Shown one piece after another: positions 45,132 to 54,749 of a stretch of 64,000 nt of DNA. Numbering within the stretch: the stretch's first letter is position 1; each line of letters begins with the position of its first letter. The notes beneath the pieces were generated by a model, which was not told the origin of the DNA, made no database searches, and saw nothing but the letters and a program-made list of their open reading frames with translations. The position numbers and the translations under genes were made by a program. This DNA is from Desulforegulaceae bacterium (GTDB lineage Bacteria > Desulfobacterota > Desulfobacteria > Desulfobacterales > JACKCP01), in assembly GCA_034006035.1 (NCBI GenBank), contig JAVETN010000012.1, positions 19,234 to 83,233 of the forward strand, given 5' to 3'.

Positions 45132-45399
45132 ATTGATCCTAACTAATTCACTAGCCAAGTTTTATGAAAACATTGAAATCAAAATTAATAGAGACAAACG
45201 TGAAATGTTTATAAACCAGTAATTATATCAATTTATATAGTTCTTTTTATTCTTGTAAGTTCAGTTTTCTCCGAGATAAAAAAAGCTGTTGAATTAGGAG
45301 ATTCTTACAGGATTAAAAAAAATATGAACAATCATTTTGCTAGTATAAAGTAAGTACTCAATTAACTCCATCTATTCAAATCAAAAATTTTATGAAATA

Positions 45400-45720
45400 G
45401 GATTTATATTAGGAAGTGTGCTTTTATCAATGTGTTGAGGATGCAATGCTTTATGTTTTTTCTCATAAAGAGCATCTGGAAGTTACCCCCCCAAAAAAAA
45501 TATGAAGACACCCATATGGTTTAATATTATTTACTTTTGCAGTTTCAACAATACTGTAGTTTCGTCAATATTGATTAAAGGGCCTGATAAAACCTCTGCT
45601 TTTATTGTTTCCATCAAGAGCTCAAAACTGTCTGAAACCTGTCGGCCGAAAGCGTTGAGATTTTTACTCCAATCCTTGAAGGCAGTTTTTTATGGGAGAC
45701 AAAGGAAGGGTATCTAGAAA
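45400..45720 (-). pseudogene. IS66-family transposase remnant (frameshifted, stop-interrupted fragment)
   Basis: Minus-strand translation gives ...RIGVKISTLSADRFQT / FELLMETIKAEVLSGPLINIDETTVLLKLQK* in two frames. This matches the IS66 core pattern GV.lSRSTLADW....L.PL.e.l...ll....vlh.DET.v.vL. A C7A8 homopolymer tract sits at 45486-45500, and stops follow. The boundaries are approximate. Confidence 0.5.
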
Positions 45721-45777
45721 TTTTTCTGTAAGAAGATGAGCAATAAGAAACTGAATTTGATTTTAATAGTTTTTTCT

Positions 45778-45812
45778 AAAAAAAAGCCGGAAAATAAAAC
45801 TTTTTTCCGGCT
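45778..45812 (-). terminator. Rho-independent terminator of the proVWX operon
   Basis: Minus strand AGCCGGAAAA-(8 nt)-TTTTCCGGCT, followed by T8. Confidence 0.75.
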
Positions 45813-45863
45813 TTAATTTTTAAATATTAAACTTTAAATTCTAGTTTAATTATTTTTAAATAC

Positions 45864-46715
45864 TTATTTAATCCATTTATTAACAATTTCAGGATTTTTT
45901 TCAACCCAGGTAACTGCATTTTTTTCAACTTGGCCATTTTCCATATTCATGGCCATTACTTCACCTATTTCTGAAGGGCCCCAGTAAAAATTATCAAGGA
46001 TTTTGTAGACTTCAGGCATATCTTTTTTCAGGTCATTTCTTACAATTGTATTTATTGTTTCTGCTTCTCCAAAAACTTTTTTAGGATCTTCAAGGAATTT
46101 AAGGTCAAATTTGGCAAATTTCCAATGAGGAACCCAGCCTGTAACAACTACCCATTTGTTGTTTTTGTATCTATTTTGCAATGTTGCAGTCATCATTGGG
46201 CCGCTAGAAGATATTAGTTCTATTTTTTTAAGATTGTAATCTACCAAAGCTTGTTCTGCACACCTCATTACTCCTGCACCAGGGTCAATTCCGATTATAT
46301 CTCCGTCAAATTTTTTATATTCATTGTCAAGCTCTTCAATGGAATTTATTGTTACATATTTTGGAACAACAAGACCAATTTTTGCACCTTCCATATTTGG
46401 GCCAAGGTCAACTATTCTGCCTTCAAATCTTTTAACATAATCAGCGTGGGTAACAGGAAGCCATCCTGTTGTTGTTGCATCCTGATCGTTTGTTGCAATG
46501 GCTGAATACATTGCAGCAGCAGCAACAGGGGTAAGTTCAACTTTATAATCAGTTGCCTTTTCAATAACAGCTTTCATTACATTTGAACTTGCAGTTGCAC
46601 AGGCCCATTCAACATAAACAATTTTTACTTTTTTCTTTGCAAATGCATTGGTAGATAGAGTCATAACTATGCAAAAACTTAGCATAATCATTGTAATCAA
46701 TTTAATTTTTTTCAT
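45864..46715 (-). CDS. proX: Glycine betaine/proline ABC transporter substrate-binding protein (OpuAC family)
   Basis: Signal peptide; OpuAC-like pattern VEWACATASSNV...GWLPVTH...DPGAG; last gene of the proVWX-type operon. Confidence 0.82.
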   Translation of the reverse strand: MKKIKLITMIMLSFCIVMTLSTNAFAKKKVKIVYVEWACATASSNVMKAVIEKATDYKVELTPVAAAAMYSAIATNDQDATTTGWLPVTHADYVKRFEGRIVDLGPNMEGAKIGLVVPKYVTINSIEELDNEYKKFDGDIIGIDPGAGVMRCAEQALVDYNLKKIELISSSGPMMTATLQNRYKNNKWVVVTGWVPHWKFAKFDLKFLEDPKKVFGEAETINTIVRNDLKKDMPEVYKILDNFYWGPSEIGEVMAMNMENGQVEKNAVTWVEKNPEIVNKWIK

Positions 46716-46739
46716 CTTTTTCTCCTTTATTTCATTAAT

Positions 46740-47600
46740 TTATTCTTCTTTATCAATATCAGCGTGTTTTTGCTTTCCAACCTGCTGCAGAATTCTGTCA
46801 AGCAAAATAGCTATTATAACTATGCCTAAACCTGCTTCAAAACCCTTACCACTCTGAAGTCGTTGGATTGCTTTCCATACTTCGCCTCCAAGACCCTTGG
46901 CTCCAATCATTGCAGCAATAACAACCATTGAAAGAGCAAGCATAACAGTTTGATTTATTCCTGCCATTATTGTCGGGGTTGCCATTGGAAGCTGGAGTTT
47001 AAAAAGTTTTTGTCTTGGGTTTGATCCAAAAGCATCTGCAGCTTCAACAAGGTCAGATGGAACCTGTCTTATACCAAGACAGGTCAGTCGTATTACAGGG
47101 GGAACTGAAAATATAACTGTTGAAAATATTGCAGCTACCCTTCCAAGACCGAAAAAAGGTATTGCGGGTATAAGATAAACAAAGGCTGGCATGGTTTGCA
47201 TAAAATCAAGGACCGGCATTGTTATTTTGTACGCTACCTGGTTTAGTGCAGCAAAAATTCCAAGGGGAAGTCCTATCATCATTGAAAAAAGAGTGGCAAT
47301 TATAACAAGTGCCAAAGTGCTTAGTGTAGGATCCCATAATCCAAGGTTTAAAATTAGGGACAATCCTGCTAAGGCAAGAATTGCAACTCCCTTTTTTTTG
47401 GTCAGATACCAGGAAAGAGCTGTAACTATTATTATAAATATAACAGGGTGAACAAATGTCATTCCTGTAACCATCACATCAATTACAGATTCAACAACCT
47501 TTGACATTGCTTTTGTAATAAATGAAAAATTGGAGTCAAGAAAGTCGATGCCTTTTTCAACTCCCTCTCCAATGGGTATTCTTGGAATATTAAAGTCCAT
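46740..47600 (-). CDS. proW: Glycine betaine/proline ABC transporter permease
   Basis: Multi-TM protein with an EAA-like loop (VEAADAFGSNPRQKLFKLQLP). The ATG at 47600 has GAGGAG 6 nt upstream and sits 1 nt after the proV TAA. The maximal ORF reaches 47627. Confidence 0.88.
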   Translation of the reverse strand: MDFNIPRIPIGEGVEKGIDFLDSNFSFITKAMSKVVESVIDVMVTGMTFVHPVIFIIIVTALSWYLTKKKGVAILALAGLSLILNLGLWDPTLSTLALVIIATLFSMMIGLPLGIFAALNQVAYKITMPVLDFMQTMPAFVYLIPAIPFFGLGRVAAIFSTVIFSVPPVIRLTCLGIRQVPSDLVEAADAFGSNPRQKLFKLQLPMATPTIMAGINQTVMLALSMVVIAAMIGAKGLGGEVWKAIQRLQSGKGFEAGLGIVIIAILLDRILQQVGKQKHADIDKEE

Positions 47601-47601
47601 T

Positions 47602-48789
47602 TTAGACTCCTCTTTCAGCAAGTGCACCTAGTAAGGCACCTCTTACTATTACGCCCTTAAGTTTTTTATCTTCATCAACAACTCCAAGGGGATATGGAAG
47701 GTTGTACATAATTTCAAAAAGCTCAGATGCCGGAGTGTCTGGGCTTACAGTTATAATCTCTTTTTCAATTATTTGGGTAAGATCCTTGTCTCCTCTTTTC
47801 AGAGCTTCCACGGCTTTTTCAGCAGTTACCATGCCCACAAGAGTATTGTCCTGTTTTACAACATAAACTGTGGAAAGGTTATGTCTTTTCATTTTTCTTA
47901 AAACAGCTCTTGGGCCGTGATTTTTTAAATGAGCTGTTGATCTTACCTTATTCATTACATGTTGAGCTGTAAGTATTTTTGTTATATCTACATCCTCAAC
48001 AAATTTTTCAACATATCTTGAGGCTGGATTCATCAAAATATCTTCGGGCGTTCCTATCTGGACAACTTTACCGTCTTTCATAAGAACAATTTTGTCGCCT
48101 ATTTTAAGGGCTTCATCAAGATCATGGCTGATAAATAAAATTGTTTTTTTAACTTTGGCCTGCAAAGCAATAAGTTCATCTTGCATATCGCTTCTGATAA
48201 GTGGATCAAGAGCTGAAAAAGCCTCATCCATTAAAAGAATGTCAGGATCAAGGGCTAGTGCTCTTGCAAGTCCGACTCTTTGCTGCATTCCTCCGCTCAG
48301 CTGTGAAGGGTAACTGTCTTCATGGCCTTTGAGGCCAACCTGCTCTAAAACTTCAATTGCTCTTTCTCTTCTTTCTTCAGGTTTAATACCCTTTATTTCA
48401 AGGCCGTATTCGGCATTTTCGGCAACAGTTCTGTGGGGAAATAATGCGAAATGCTGGAAAACCATTCCGAATTTTTCCTGCCTTACTCTTCTGAGTTCTG
48501 ACTCATTTAGTTTCCCTATATCAACTCCGTCTATCAAGATTTGTCCGGCTGATGGTTCGATAAGCCGGTTAACACATCTGACAAGGGTTGATTTCCCACT
48601 TCCTGAAAGGCCCATTACAACAAGAATTTCACCTTCTTCAACATTAAAGCTTACACCCCCAACTCCGACTGCATGCTTTGTTTTGTTAAGAAGTTCATCC
48701 TTTGTCATTCCTTCTTTAAAAAGCTTAATAGCTTTTTTTGGATTGGGTCCAAAAATTTTGTATACGTCTTTAATTTGTATTTTGGACAT
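47602..48789 (-). CDS. proV: Glycine betaine/proline ABC transporter ATPase with C-terminal CBS pair
   Basis: Walker A GLSGSGKST, signature LSGGMQQRVGLARAL, Walker B LLMDEAFSALD, and a C-terminal tandem CBS region. Confidence 0.92.
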   Translation of the reverse strand: MSKIQIKDVYKIFGPNPKKAIKLFKEGMTKDELLNKTKHAVGVGGVSFNVEEGEILVVMGLSGSGKSTLVRCVNRLIEPSAGQILIDGVDIGKLNESELRRVRQEKFGMVFQHFALFPHRTVAENAEYGLEIKGIKPEERRERAIEVLEQVGLKGHEDSYPSQLSGGMQQRVGLARALALDPDILLMDEAFSALDPLIRSDMQDELIALQAKVKKTILFISHDLDEALKIGDKIVLMKDGKVVQIGTPEDILMNPASRYVEKFVEDVDITKILTAQHVMNKVRSTAHLKNHGPRAVLRKMKRHNLSTVYVVKQDNTLVGMVTAEKAVEALKRGDKDLTQIIEKEIITVSPDTPASELFEIMYNLPYPLGVVDEDKKLKGVIVRGALLGALAERGV

Positions 48790-49290
48790 TTTTTTTCCTG
48801 CGATTAGTAATTTTAGGTTTAATTAGGTTTATATTTAACATTAGATATCTTAGTTAGTATAAGAAAAAAACACTGTTTAATCCAAGCAATTAAATAATTA
48901 TTTATATGTTTATTTTAAATAAAAAAGACTCTGGGAGTTTGGGGCGGCGAAAAATCTATTATTATACTGATAAGAATTAAATGGATTTTATTTAAGAAGT
49001 TTTGTTGATTGTTTTTTATTTGGTGACCTTGAGTTTCGATATTTCCCTCCGTACAAAATATTTATAAAATTCAACTTTTTAATATTAGTATCAATTTACA
49101 ATATTGTTGATTTGGTATGTTTAATGGCATATCGATTCCAAAAAGTCAAATTGCCAGTAAGATCTTTTATCCTGGATTTTCCCAATCATCATTTAATTCT
49201 TTTGGTATATTTTTAGGGTAAACCATGGTAAAGTTCAGTTTTTTCTTTAGCTTGAACAAAGTTTTGTATATTTAAAAAGTGGAGATTTTA

Positions 49291-50097
49291 ATGCAAAAAA
49301 TAAAATCTGAAATTTTTCGGTTTGAAGATTTTAAAATTCATTTGATTAATGGATATATCCAAAAAACTCCCATCATAGAATATAATGACAAAATACTTTT
49401 AATGGACGGAGGCTGCAGACCTGATTCCTTTGCAATCAAAATGTATTTAAAAAAAATTTCAACTAAAGATAAAAAAGCAAAACTTGCAATCGGCTCCCAT
49501 ATTCATCCAGATCATTTAGGCGGGGCAGGGTATCTTAAAAAATTTTTAAATATTCCCCTGGCAGTTCCAAAGGGAATGAACGACTGGTATTCTTCTTTTG
49601 GAGGGTTTCTTCAGCATAAAATTGACATTTGTCTTGGCCATTATGTGGCAGTTGCAACAAAGCTCCCCTTCAAATCTTTGTATTATCCAAGAAAAGCTGA
49701 TTATGATTATATCCTTGAAGACAGGGCAGGGATTCCTTTTTTTAATGACTGGAAAGTTTATTCAGCCAAAGGACACACTCTTCACGATGTTGTTTTTTTC
49801 AATGAAAAAGAAAAAATTCTTTATGCAGCTGATGTCCTTTTAAAGGTAAGAAGTAGATTTTTACTTCCCATTCCTGTAACTTTTCCAAAGCTTATGAAAA
49901 AAAGTATTGAAATGATCTATGATTTAAAACCTAAACATATTTTTCTTGCCCATGGAGGATATATGAGAGGAGAGATGATGGAAGAAGCTTATTTTACACT
50001 TATAAGGCAAGCAAATATGATTACAAAAGAATATATGAAAAATAATTTTATTTATAGACTTGCAACTTTAGGTGCCTCAATGAAAAATTTGTTATGA
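49291..50097 (+). CDS. MBL-fold metallo-hydrolase
   Basis: HxHxDH motif (GSHIHPDHLGG) and later His/Asp ligands. The ATG at 49291 has GGAG 6 nt upstream. The maximal ORF begins at GTG 49279. Confidence 0.75.
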   Translation: MQKIKSEIFRFEDFKIHLINGYIQKTPIIEYNDKILLMDGGCRPDSFAIKMYLKKISTKDKKAKLAIGSHIHPDHLGGAGYLKKFLNIPLAVPKGMNDWYSSFGGFLQHKIDICLGHYVAVATKLPFKSLYYPRKADYDYILEDRAGIPFFNDWKVYSAKGHTLHDVVFFNEKEKILYAADVLLKVRSRFLLPIPVTFPKLMKKSIEMIYDLKPKHIFLAHGGYMRGEMMEEAYFTLIRQANMITKEYMKNNFIYRLATLGASMKNLL

Positions 50098-50123
50098 GGA
50101 GAGTTAAAAAAGTTTCTTAGTTT

Positions 50124-50597
50124 TTAAACTTTATTTATAGTCCCCTGGGTTGCCACAACCAAAATTTCGCCTTTCTCACTTAGAGCAAACACTTTGCATT
50201 CGCACACAGCTTGACGTTTACCCGATGATAATACTGTTGAACGGGCAATCAGTTTGTTGCCCATGGCAGGCCGAAGATAATTGATTTTATATTCTGAAGT
50301 TAGGCAGTCGCCAAGAACAGAGCCTCCTGAATAAGTAAGGCAGTTATCAGCAAGATAACTCACCACACCTCCGTGAACAAAACTATGCTGTTGTTTTAAT
50401 TTATCTGAAATTTCTAAAGTAATTTCAGCAGAACCTGCTTTAAAAGAAGTTAATTCTGCCCCTAAAAGATTACTGAATGGCTGTGATTTTAATATTTGCT
50501 GTCCTATCTCAAGTAAACTCTCCACGATAAAAGCTTTCTTTATGCAAATTAATGCTTTGGGTAATCGATTGGCAACAAAGCAGAACAAGGTTGCCAA
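50124..50597 (-). CDS. PaaI-family hotdog-fold thioesterase
   Basis: FSNLLGAELTSFKAGSAEITLEI...HGGVVSYLADN pattern. The true start is probably internal to the maximal ORF. Confidence 0.7.
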   Translation of the reverse strand: MATLFCFVANRLPKALICIKKAFIVESLLEIGQQILKSQPFSNLLGAELTSFKAGSAEITLEISDKLKQQHSFVHGGVVSYLADNCLTYSGGSVLGDCLTSEYKINYLRPAMGNKLIARSTVLSSGKRQAVCECKVFALSEKGEILVVATQGTINKV

Positions 50598-50629
50598 TTC
50601 GATTGGTTAAGGTAGTTAACTCAAGTTGT

Positions 50630-52093
50630 TTATTTTGGAACTTTGCTTAGTGAGATACCCAGTGCCTTGGCTATTCCTTCTCCATAGGCTGGGTCGGCTT
50701 TTAAGCAATTACCTATATGACGGATTTTGATCATTTCTGGCGCATCGTCCATGGCACGGGCAGTGTTGCCAAATAAAGCCTCTTGTTGTTCTGTATTCAT
50801 CAAGCGAAAGAGCTTGCCGGGCTGGGTGTAATAGTCACTGTCATCTTCTCTGGCGTCCCAGTGATTTGCTGCACCGCTTAATTCCAGAGGCGGTTCTGAA
50901 AAATCTGGCTGTTCCTGCCACTCTCCATAACTATTGGGTTCATAGCCAATGGTAGAGCCATAGTTGCCGTCAACTCTCATTTGACCGTCGCGGTGATAAC
51001 TATGGAAAGGACAACGGGCCTTGTTTACAGGGATGAGGTGATGGTTGACTCCCAAGCGGTAACGCTGAGCATCCCCATAAGAAAAAAGACGCCCCTGGAG
51101 CATTTTGTCAGGTGAAAAACTTATGCCAGGTACCACATTGGCTGGATTAAAAGCCGCCTGCTCAACTTCAGCAAAATAGTTTTCCGGGTTTTTGTTAAGT
51201 TCCATTTCTCCCACTTCGATAAGGGGAAAATCTTTTTTGTACCAAACCTTGGTTAGATCAAAAGGATTGTAGGGGAGTTTGGCAGCCTGTTCTTCGGTCA
51301 TGATCTGAACATAAAGTGTCCATTTTGGGAACTCGCCTTTTTCTATTGAGTAGTAAAGATCACGTTGGTTGCTTTCACGGCATTTGCCTATTACAGCTTC
51401 GGCTTCTGAATCAGTAAGGTTTTTTATACCCTGATGAGTAGTGAAGTGGAATTTACACCAGTAGCGTTCGTTTTTGGCGTTGATGAAACTGAAAGTGTGA
51501 CTGCCAAAACCGTGCATGTTTCTGAAGCTTGCCGGAATGCCCCGATCACTCATTACAATAGTTACCTGATGGAGAGCTTCGGGAAGAGAAGTCCAAAAGT
51601 CCCAATTGCTTTTAGCGCTGCGCAGGTTTGTTCTTGGGTCGCGATGAACTACATGGTTGAGGTCTGAAAATTTCAACGGGTCACGGAGAAAAAAGACAGG
51701 TGTATTATTGCCCACTAAATCCCAATTACCTTCTTCGGTGTAAAATTTCAGTGCAAAACCGCGAATATCTCTTTCAGCGTCGGCAGCTCCTCGTTCTCCA
51801 GCCACAGTTGAAAAACGTGCGAATAGATCGGTTTTTTTACCAATTTCAGAAAAAATCTTTGCTCTGGTGTATTTGGTGATGTCATGGGTAACTGTAAAGG
51901 TACCGTAAGCTCCGGATCCCTTGGCGTGCATCCTTCGTTCCGGAATAACTTCGCGGTCGAAATGTGCCATTTTTTCCAAATACCAAACGTCTTGGAGTAA
52001 TTGTGGTCCGCGAGGGCCGGCAGTCATTACGTTTTGGTTATCTGGTACAGGAGCTCCTGCATTGGTGGTGAGTTTTTTCTTTTCATTTTTCAT
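50630..52093 (-). CDS. katA: Monofunctional haem catalase (small-subunit clade)
   Basis: [47 protein letters not shown] and the proximal Tyr region [14 protein letters not shown]; 487 aa. It is visibly more G+C-rich than its surroundings. Confidence 0.95.
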   Translation of the reverse strand: MKNEKKKLTTNAGAPVPDNQNVMTAGPRGPQLLQDVWYLEKMAHFDREVIPERRMHAKGSGAYGTFTVTHDITKYTRAKIFSEIGKKTDLFARFSTVAGERGAADAERDIRGFALKFYTEEGNWDLVGNNTPVFFLRDPLKFSDLNHVVHRDPRTNLRSAKSNWDFWTSLPEALHQVTIVMSDRGIPASFRNMHGFGSHTFSFINAKNERYWCKFHFTTHQGIKNLTDSEAEAVIGKCRESNQRDLYYSIEKGEFPKWTLYVQIMTEEQAAKLPYNPFDLTKVWYKKDFPLIEVGEMELNKNPENYFAEVEQAAFNPANVVPGISFSPDKMLQGRLFSYGDAQRYRLGVNHHLIPVNKARCPFHSYHRDGQMRVDGNYGSTIGYEPNSYGEWQEQPDFSEPPLELSGAANHWDAREDDSDYYTQPGKLFRLMNTEQQEALFGNTARAMDDAPEMIKIRHIGNCLKADPAYGEGIAKALGISLSKVPK

Positions 52094-52367
52094 TGTTGGT
52101 TTCCTTTTAGTTTGGATGGCGGGTTGTGTGTTAGTGGAAATTCTAAAACACTTTACTTTTAAGTATATGATTTGATTTGCAAAAAAGCAAGATATTGAAT
52201 GAGAAATTAAAAGGGTAATCAGATTGAGCCAACAATTGTTTTATTTGTATTTCAAAAGATAATAAATTTATAAAAAGGGCAGAAATTAAATTATTACCTT
52301 AAATACTGTTTCAGTGTTTTTCATTTTTGCATCAAATCTGTTTTTGTACTTATAGAAAATCCAGCAG

Positions 52368-53015
52368 TTATTCTTTTAAACTTTTGCCTAGTTTTTTCCC
52401 AAGGTTAAATGCTTTATCCATTATATCCTCTTGTTTTTTTACAGCTCCTTTTTCAAAGGATTTAAAAACAGGGAGAGTCCCGACAATTTCAAAACCCAAA
52501 GCTTTCATGGGTACACTCATTGCTTCTATGGCAAATCCCATGTTTTCCAGGCTTTCTTGTTCGCAAACAGCAGAAATAACAACTTTTCTTTTTTGATTTT
52601 CAAGTCTAGCCCTCCATTGACGAGGTCTTGTGCTATTATCAAATTCATAAAAACAATATAATCTGTCTATAAAAGCTTTCATCCATGAGGTTATATTATA
52701 ATTGTGAACTGGGGATGTTAAAATTAATCCCTGGGATTTTAAAATATCAGGATAAATTAGCGACATTCCGTCGTTTAATCCTGTGCAGACTTTATCTGCT
52801 CTGCATTTTTCACATCCAATACAGCCTTTGAAATTAAAGTTGCGTAAATTAATGTTTTTAGAGTCAATTTTTTCTTTATCAAGCCCGGCTATAATCTGTT
52901 TTGTTATTAGATCTGTATTGCCTCCCTGCCTTGGACTTCCTCCAACAGCTAATATTTTTGGTAATGGATTTTTTATGTTTGTCGCCTTTTTTACAAGTTC
53001 TTCAAAATAAAGCAT
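52368..53015 (-). CDS. Iron-sulfur flavoprotein (Isf-like, NADPH-dependent FMN reductase fold)
   Basis: Flavodoxin-like N-terminus ILAVGGSPRQGGNTD and a compact cluster motif CIGCEKCRADKVC (CX2CX2CX5C). Confidence 0.75.
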   Translation of the reverse strand: MLYFEELVKKATNIKNPLPKILAVGGSPRQGGNTDLITKQIIAGLDKEKIDSKNINLRNFNFKGCIGCEKCRADKVCTGLNDGMSLIYPDILKSQGLILTSPVHNYNITSWMKAFIDRLYCFYEFDNSTRPRQWRARLENQKRKVVISAVCEQESLENMGFAIEAMSVPMKALGFEIVGTLPVFKSFEKGAVKKQEDIMDKAFNLGKKLGKSLKE

Positions 53016-53109
53016 TTTTATTCCTTGGGTTATCAGGTTAAGATTAAGCTTGGTTTTTTATTGGTTTCTAAGTCTTGAAATATAAAAAACCAGCTATTCT
53101 AAATAAATC

Positions 53110-53415
53110 TTATTTAATCACCCCTACCTGCCCCTGGTTTAACTTGTTGACATATTTTCCTTTAATGTTTTGAACAGTGGCAATTCGATTTTTGCAGGAA
53201 GGGCAATGGATGTCAGTATGTTCATCAGAGTAGTCATTTATAAATATTCCAGAATAGTCTTTTGCTATCCGATCCCTGTGAACTTTTAATAGTCTTCTTC
53301 CAGGACCTTTTTTATATCTCACTAGTTTTTGCCCGCATTTGCAATAAACTGTAAGAGTTTTGTATTTTGTACGTTTTCTCATTATGGATGCCTTTCGTTT
53401 TTGGTTCAGCATCAA
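53110..53415 (-). CDS. Small zinc-ribbon protein, function unknown
   Basis: Cys pairs CKCG ... CPSC about 50 aa apart and a basic N-terminus. The start may be the internal ATG at 53382. Confidence 0.45.
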   Translation of the reverse strand: MMLNQKRKASIMRKRTKYKTLTVYCKCGQKLVRYKKGPGRRLLKVHRDRIAKDYSGIFINDYSDEHTDIHCPSCKNRIATVQNIKGKYVNKLNQGQVGVIK

Positions 53416-53787
53416 TTCTTTGCTAACAACTAGATTTAGATATTAGAAATGTTATTTTAAATTGTTTTTGTACCAGCATTTATCTAAAATTTAGCGTTTG
53501 TTTTGTTGTATTCACTGGTTAGATCCAGTGTTTGTTTTTTACTATTACTCAAAAATACATATATTGAATTTGTTTTCCAATCAATAATTCTTTTTACAAC
53601 AAGAGCTCAAAGCTTACTATCTTTTTGAGCTGTCAAGCCTTGGAAGTATTTCAATATTTTTGTTTAAAGTATTGAGATGGGGTGAGGAATAACAAAAAAA
53701 AGGAAACTCCCTGTCAAATTGTATAAAACTGACAGGAAGTAAGTGTTTGAGTAATAACTAAACTTGGTTATTGTTAGTTTTATTTAC

Positions 53788-54282
53788 TTATTTCTTTTTT
53801 CTCCAAGGCTTTAAAGTAGAAATAAACAAGGCAAAAATTACAGTGCCTGTTTGCAGGGTTCCAAAAATTAAGGATTTATTCCTGTTGGCAATGTAAACTG
53901 AGTCGTTTAAAGCTTCTACACCTTTAGCTTCTGCAACAGCTGCCATTTCAACTATCCATGGGCCCAGCCAGAAAGTTCCAAATATCATTCCAAACATACA
54001 AATGATCCATTTTACAGTAATCCATTTGTGCTTAAACCAACCCCAATTAGTCCAAATTGAATAAACTAGCGCTGTAAGGAAAGTACCTATTGCTCCGGGA
54101 ACAAGAATTCGATGATCTATGAAATCAAGTGTTGAAAGAAGTCCGTATGTACTGCTGCCGTCGTCTGGGGCAGTAAAAAACTGCATAATAGTTAAAACGG
54201 TAGCACAACCCACCCAAACAGCTGCAAAGTATAAATGCAGACATTTGAGCCATCTTTGACCTCTTGCACTAAGTTTTTTCAT
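53788..54282 (-). CDS. Integral membrane protein, function unknown
   Basis: 164 aa with four hydrophobic helices and a GGAGG-like RBS. No motif was recognised. Confidence 0.55.
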   Translation of the reverse strand: MKKLSARGQRWLKCLHLYFAAVWVGCATVLTIMQFFTAPDDGSSTYGLLSTLDFIDHRILVPGAIGTFLTALVYSIWTNWGWFKHKWITVKWIICMFGMIFGTFWLGPWIVEMAAVAEAKGVEALNDSVYIANRNKSLIFGTLQTGTVIFALFISTLKPWRKKK

Positions 54283-54690
54283 ATTTAAACCTCCGTTAAA
54301 TTAGTTAATAATTTTGTCTTTTTACTTAATGACTTAAGTTTGAGAGTTTTATTTTAGTAGAATTCTCTTTGTTTCTTACTTTTGACTCTTTGTTTTTTAA
54401 TTATATGAATATATCTCATATTTAGCTTTATCTTTCCAGTAATTAGTTTGAAGAGTTGTTGATAACTATAAAGCTTCAGACGAGACAGCTTTAAACAGTT
54501 CAACTGATGTTGTTTTTACTGCAGCGTCTGATAACATGGATGAAGTTTCTTTTACTGTGAATCCAATAGTGGATCCAAAGGAAGCTTAGGGTAAACGACC
54601 CGGGGGTTGATTCGTAGTTTATTCTTGATCTTTATGATTTCGTCTGAATTTTCAATGGTGAAGTTGTTTAGAAAAACAAAAGTTTTAAAT

Positions 54691-54716
54691 CAGCGGAGAC
54701 GAAAAGTCCTCCGCTG
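54691..54716 (-). terminator. Terminator hairpin downstream of the alcohol dehydrogenase gene
   Basis: CAGCGGAG-(10 nt)-CTCCGCTG, a perfect 8-bp GC-rich stem. On the minus strand it is followed by ATTTAAAACTTTT. Confidence 0.55.
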
Positions 54717-54749
54717 AATGATTTGATTGAGGGAAGTAGTTAGGATTTA

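Noticed and set aside
45502-45717. 71-aa plus-strand ORF.
   Set aside because: It lies antisense to the IS66 transposase remnant, in a decayed region with no RBS.
48329-48826. 165-aa plus-strand ORF.
   Set aside because: It is entirely antisense to the well-supported proV ABC ATPase gene. It has a Ser/Pro/Leu-rich, low-complexity composition typical of shadow ORFs.
49125-49139. TGGCATATCGATTCC, a sigma-54 -24/-12-like sequence upstream of the MBL hydrolase gene.
   Set aside because: The -12 position carries TTCC instead of TTGC, so there is no GC dinucleotide at the correct spacing.
52261-52270. ATAAATTTAT palindrome (context GATAATAAATTTATAAAA) upstream of katA as a possible PerR/Fur box.
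   Set aside because: It is only 10 bp, composed purely of A/T in AT-rich DNA. It does not fit the 7-1-7 TTATAAT-N-ATTATAA PerR consensus.
54452-54589. Start-less 45-codon frame (…VVDNYKASDETALNSSTDVVFTAASDNMDEVSFTVNPIVDPKEA*) that looks like the C-terminal end of a lost surface-protein gene.
   Set aside because: It is too short and has no start codon or recognisable domain. It may be a gene remnant, but the sequence alone cannot support that.
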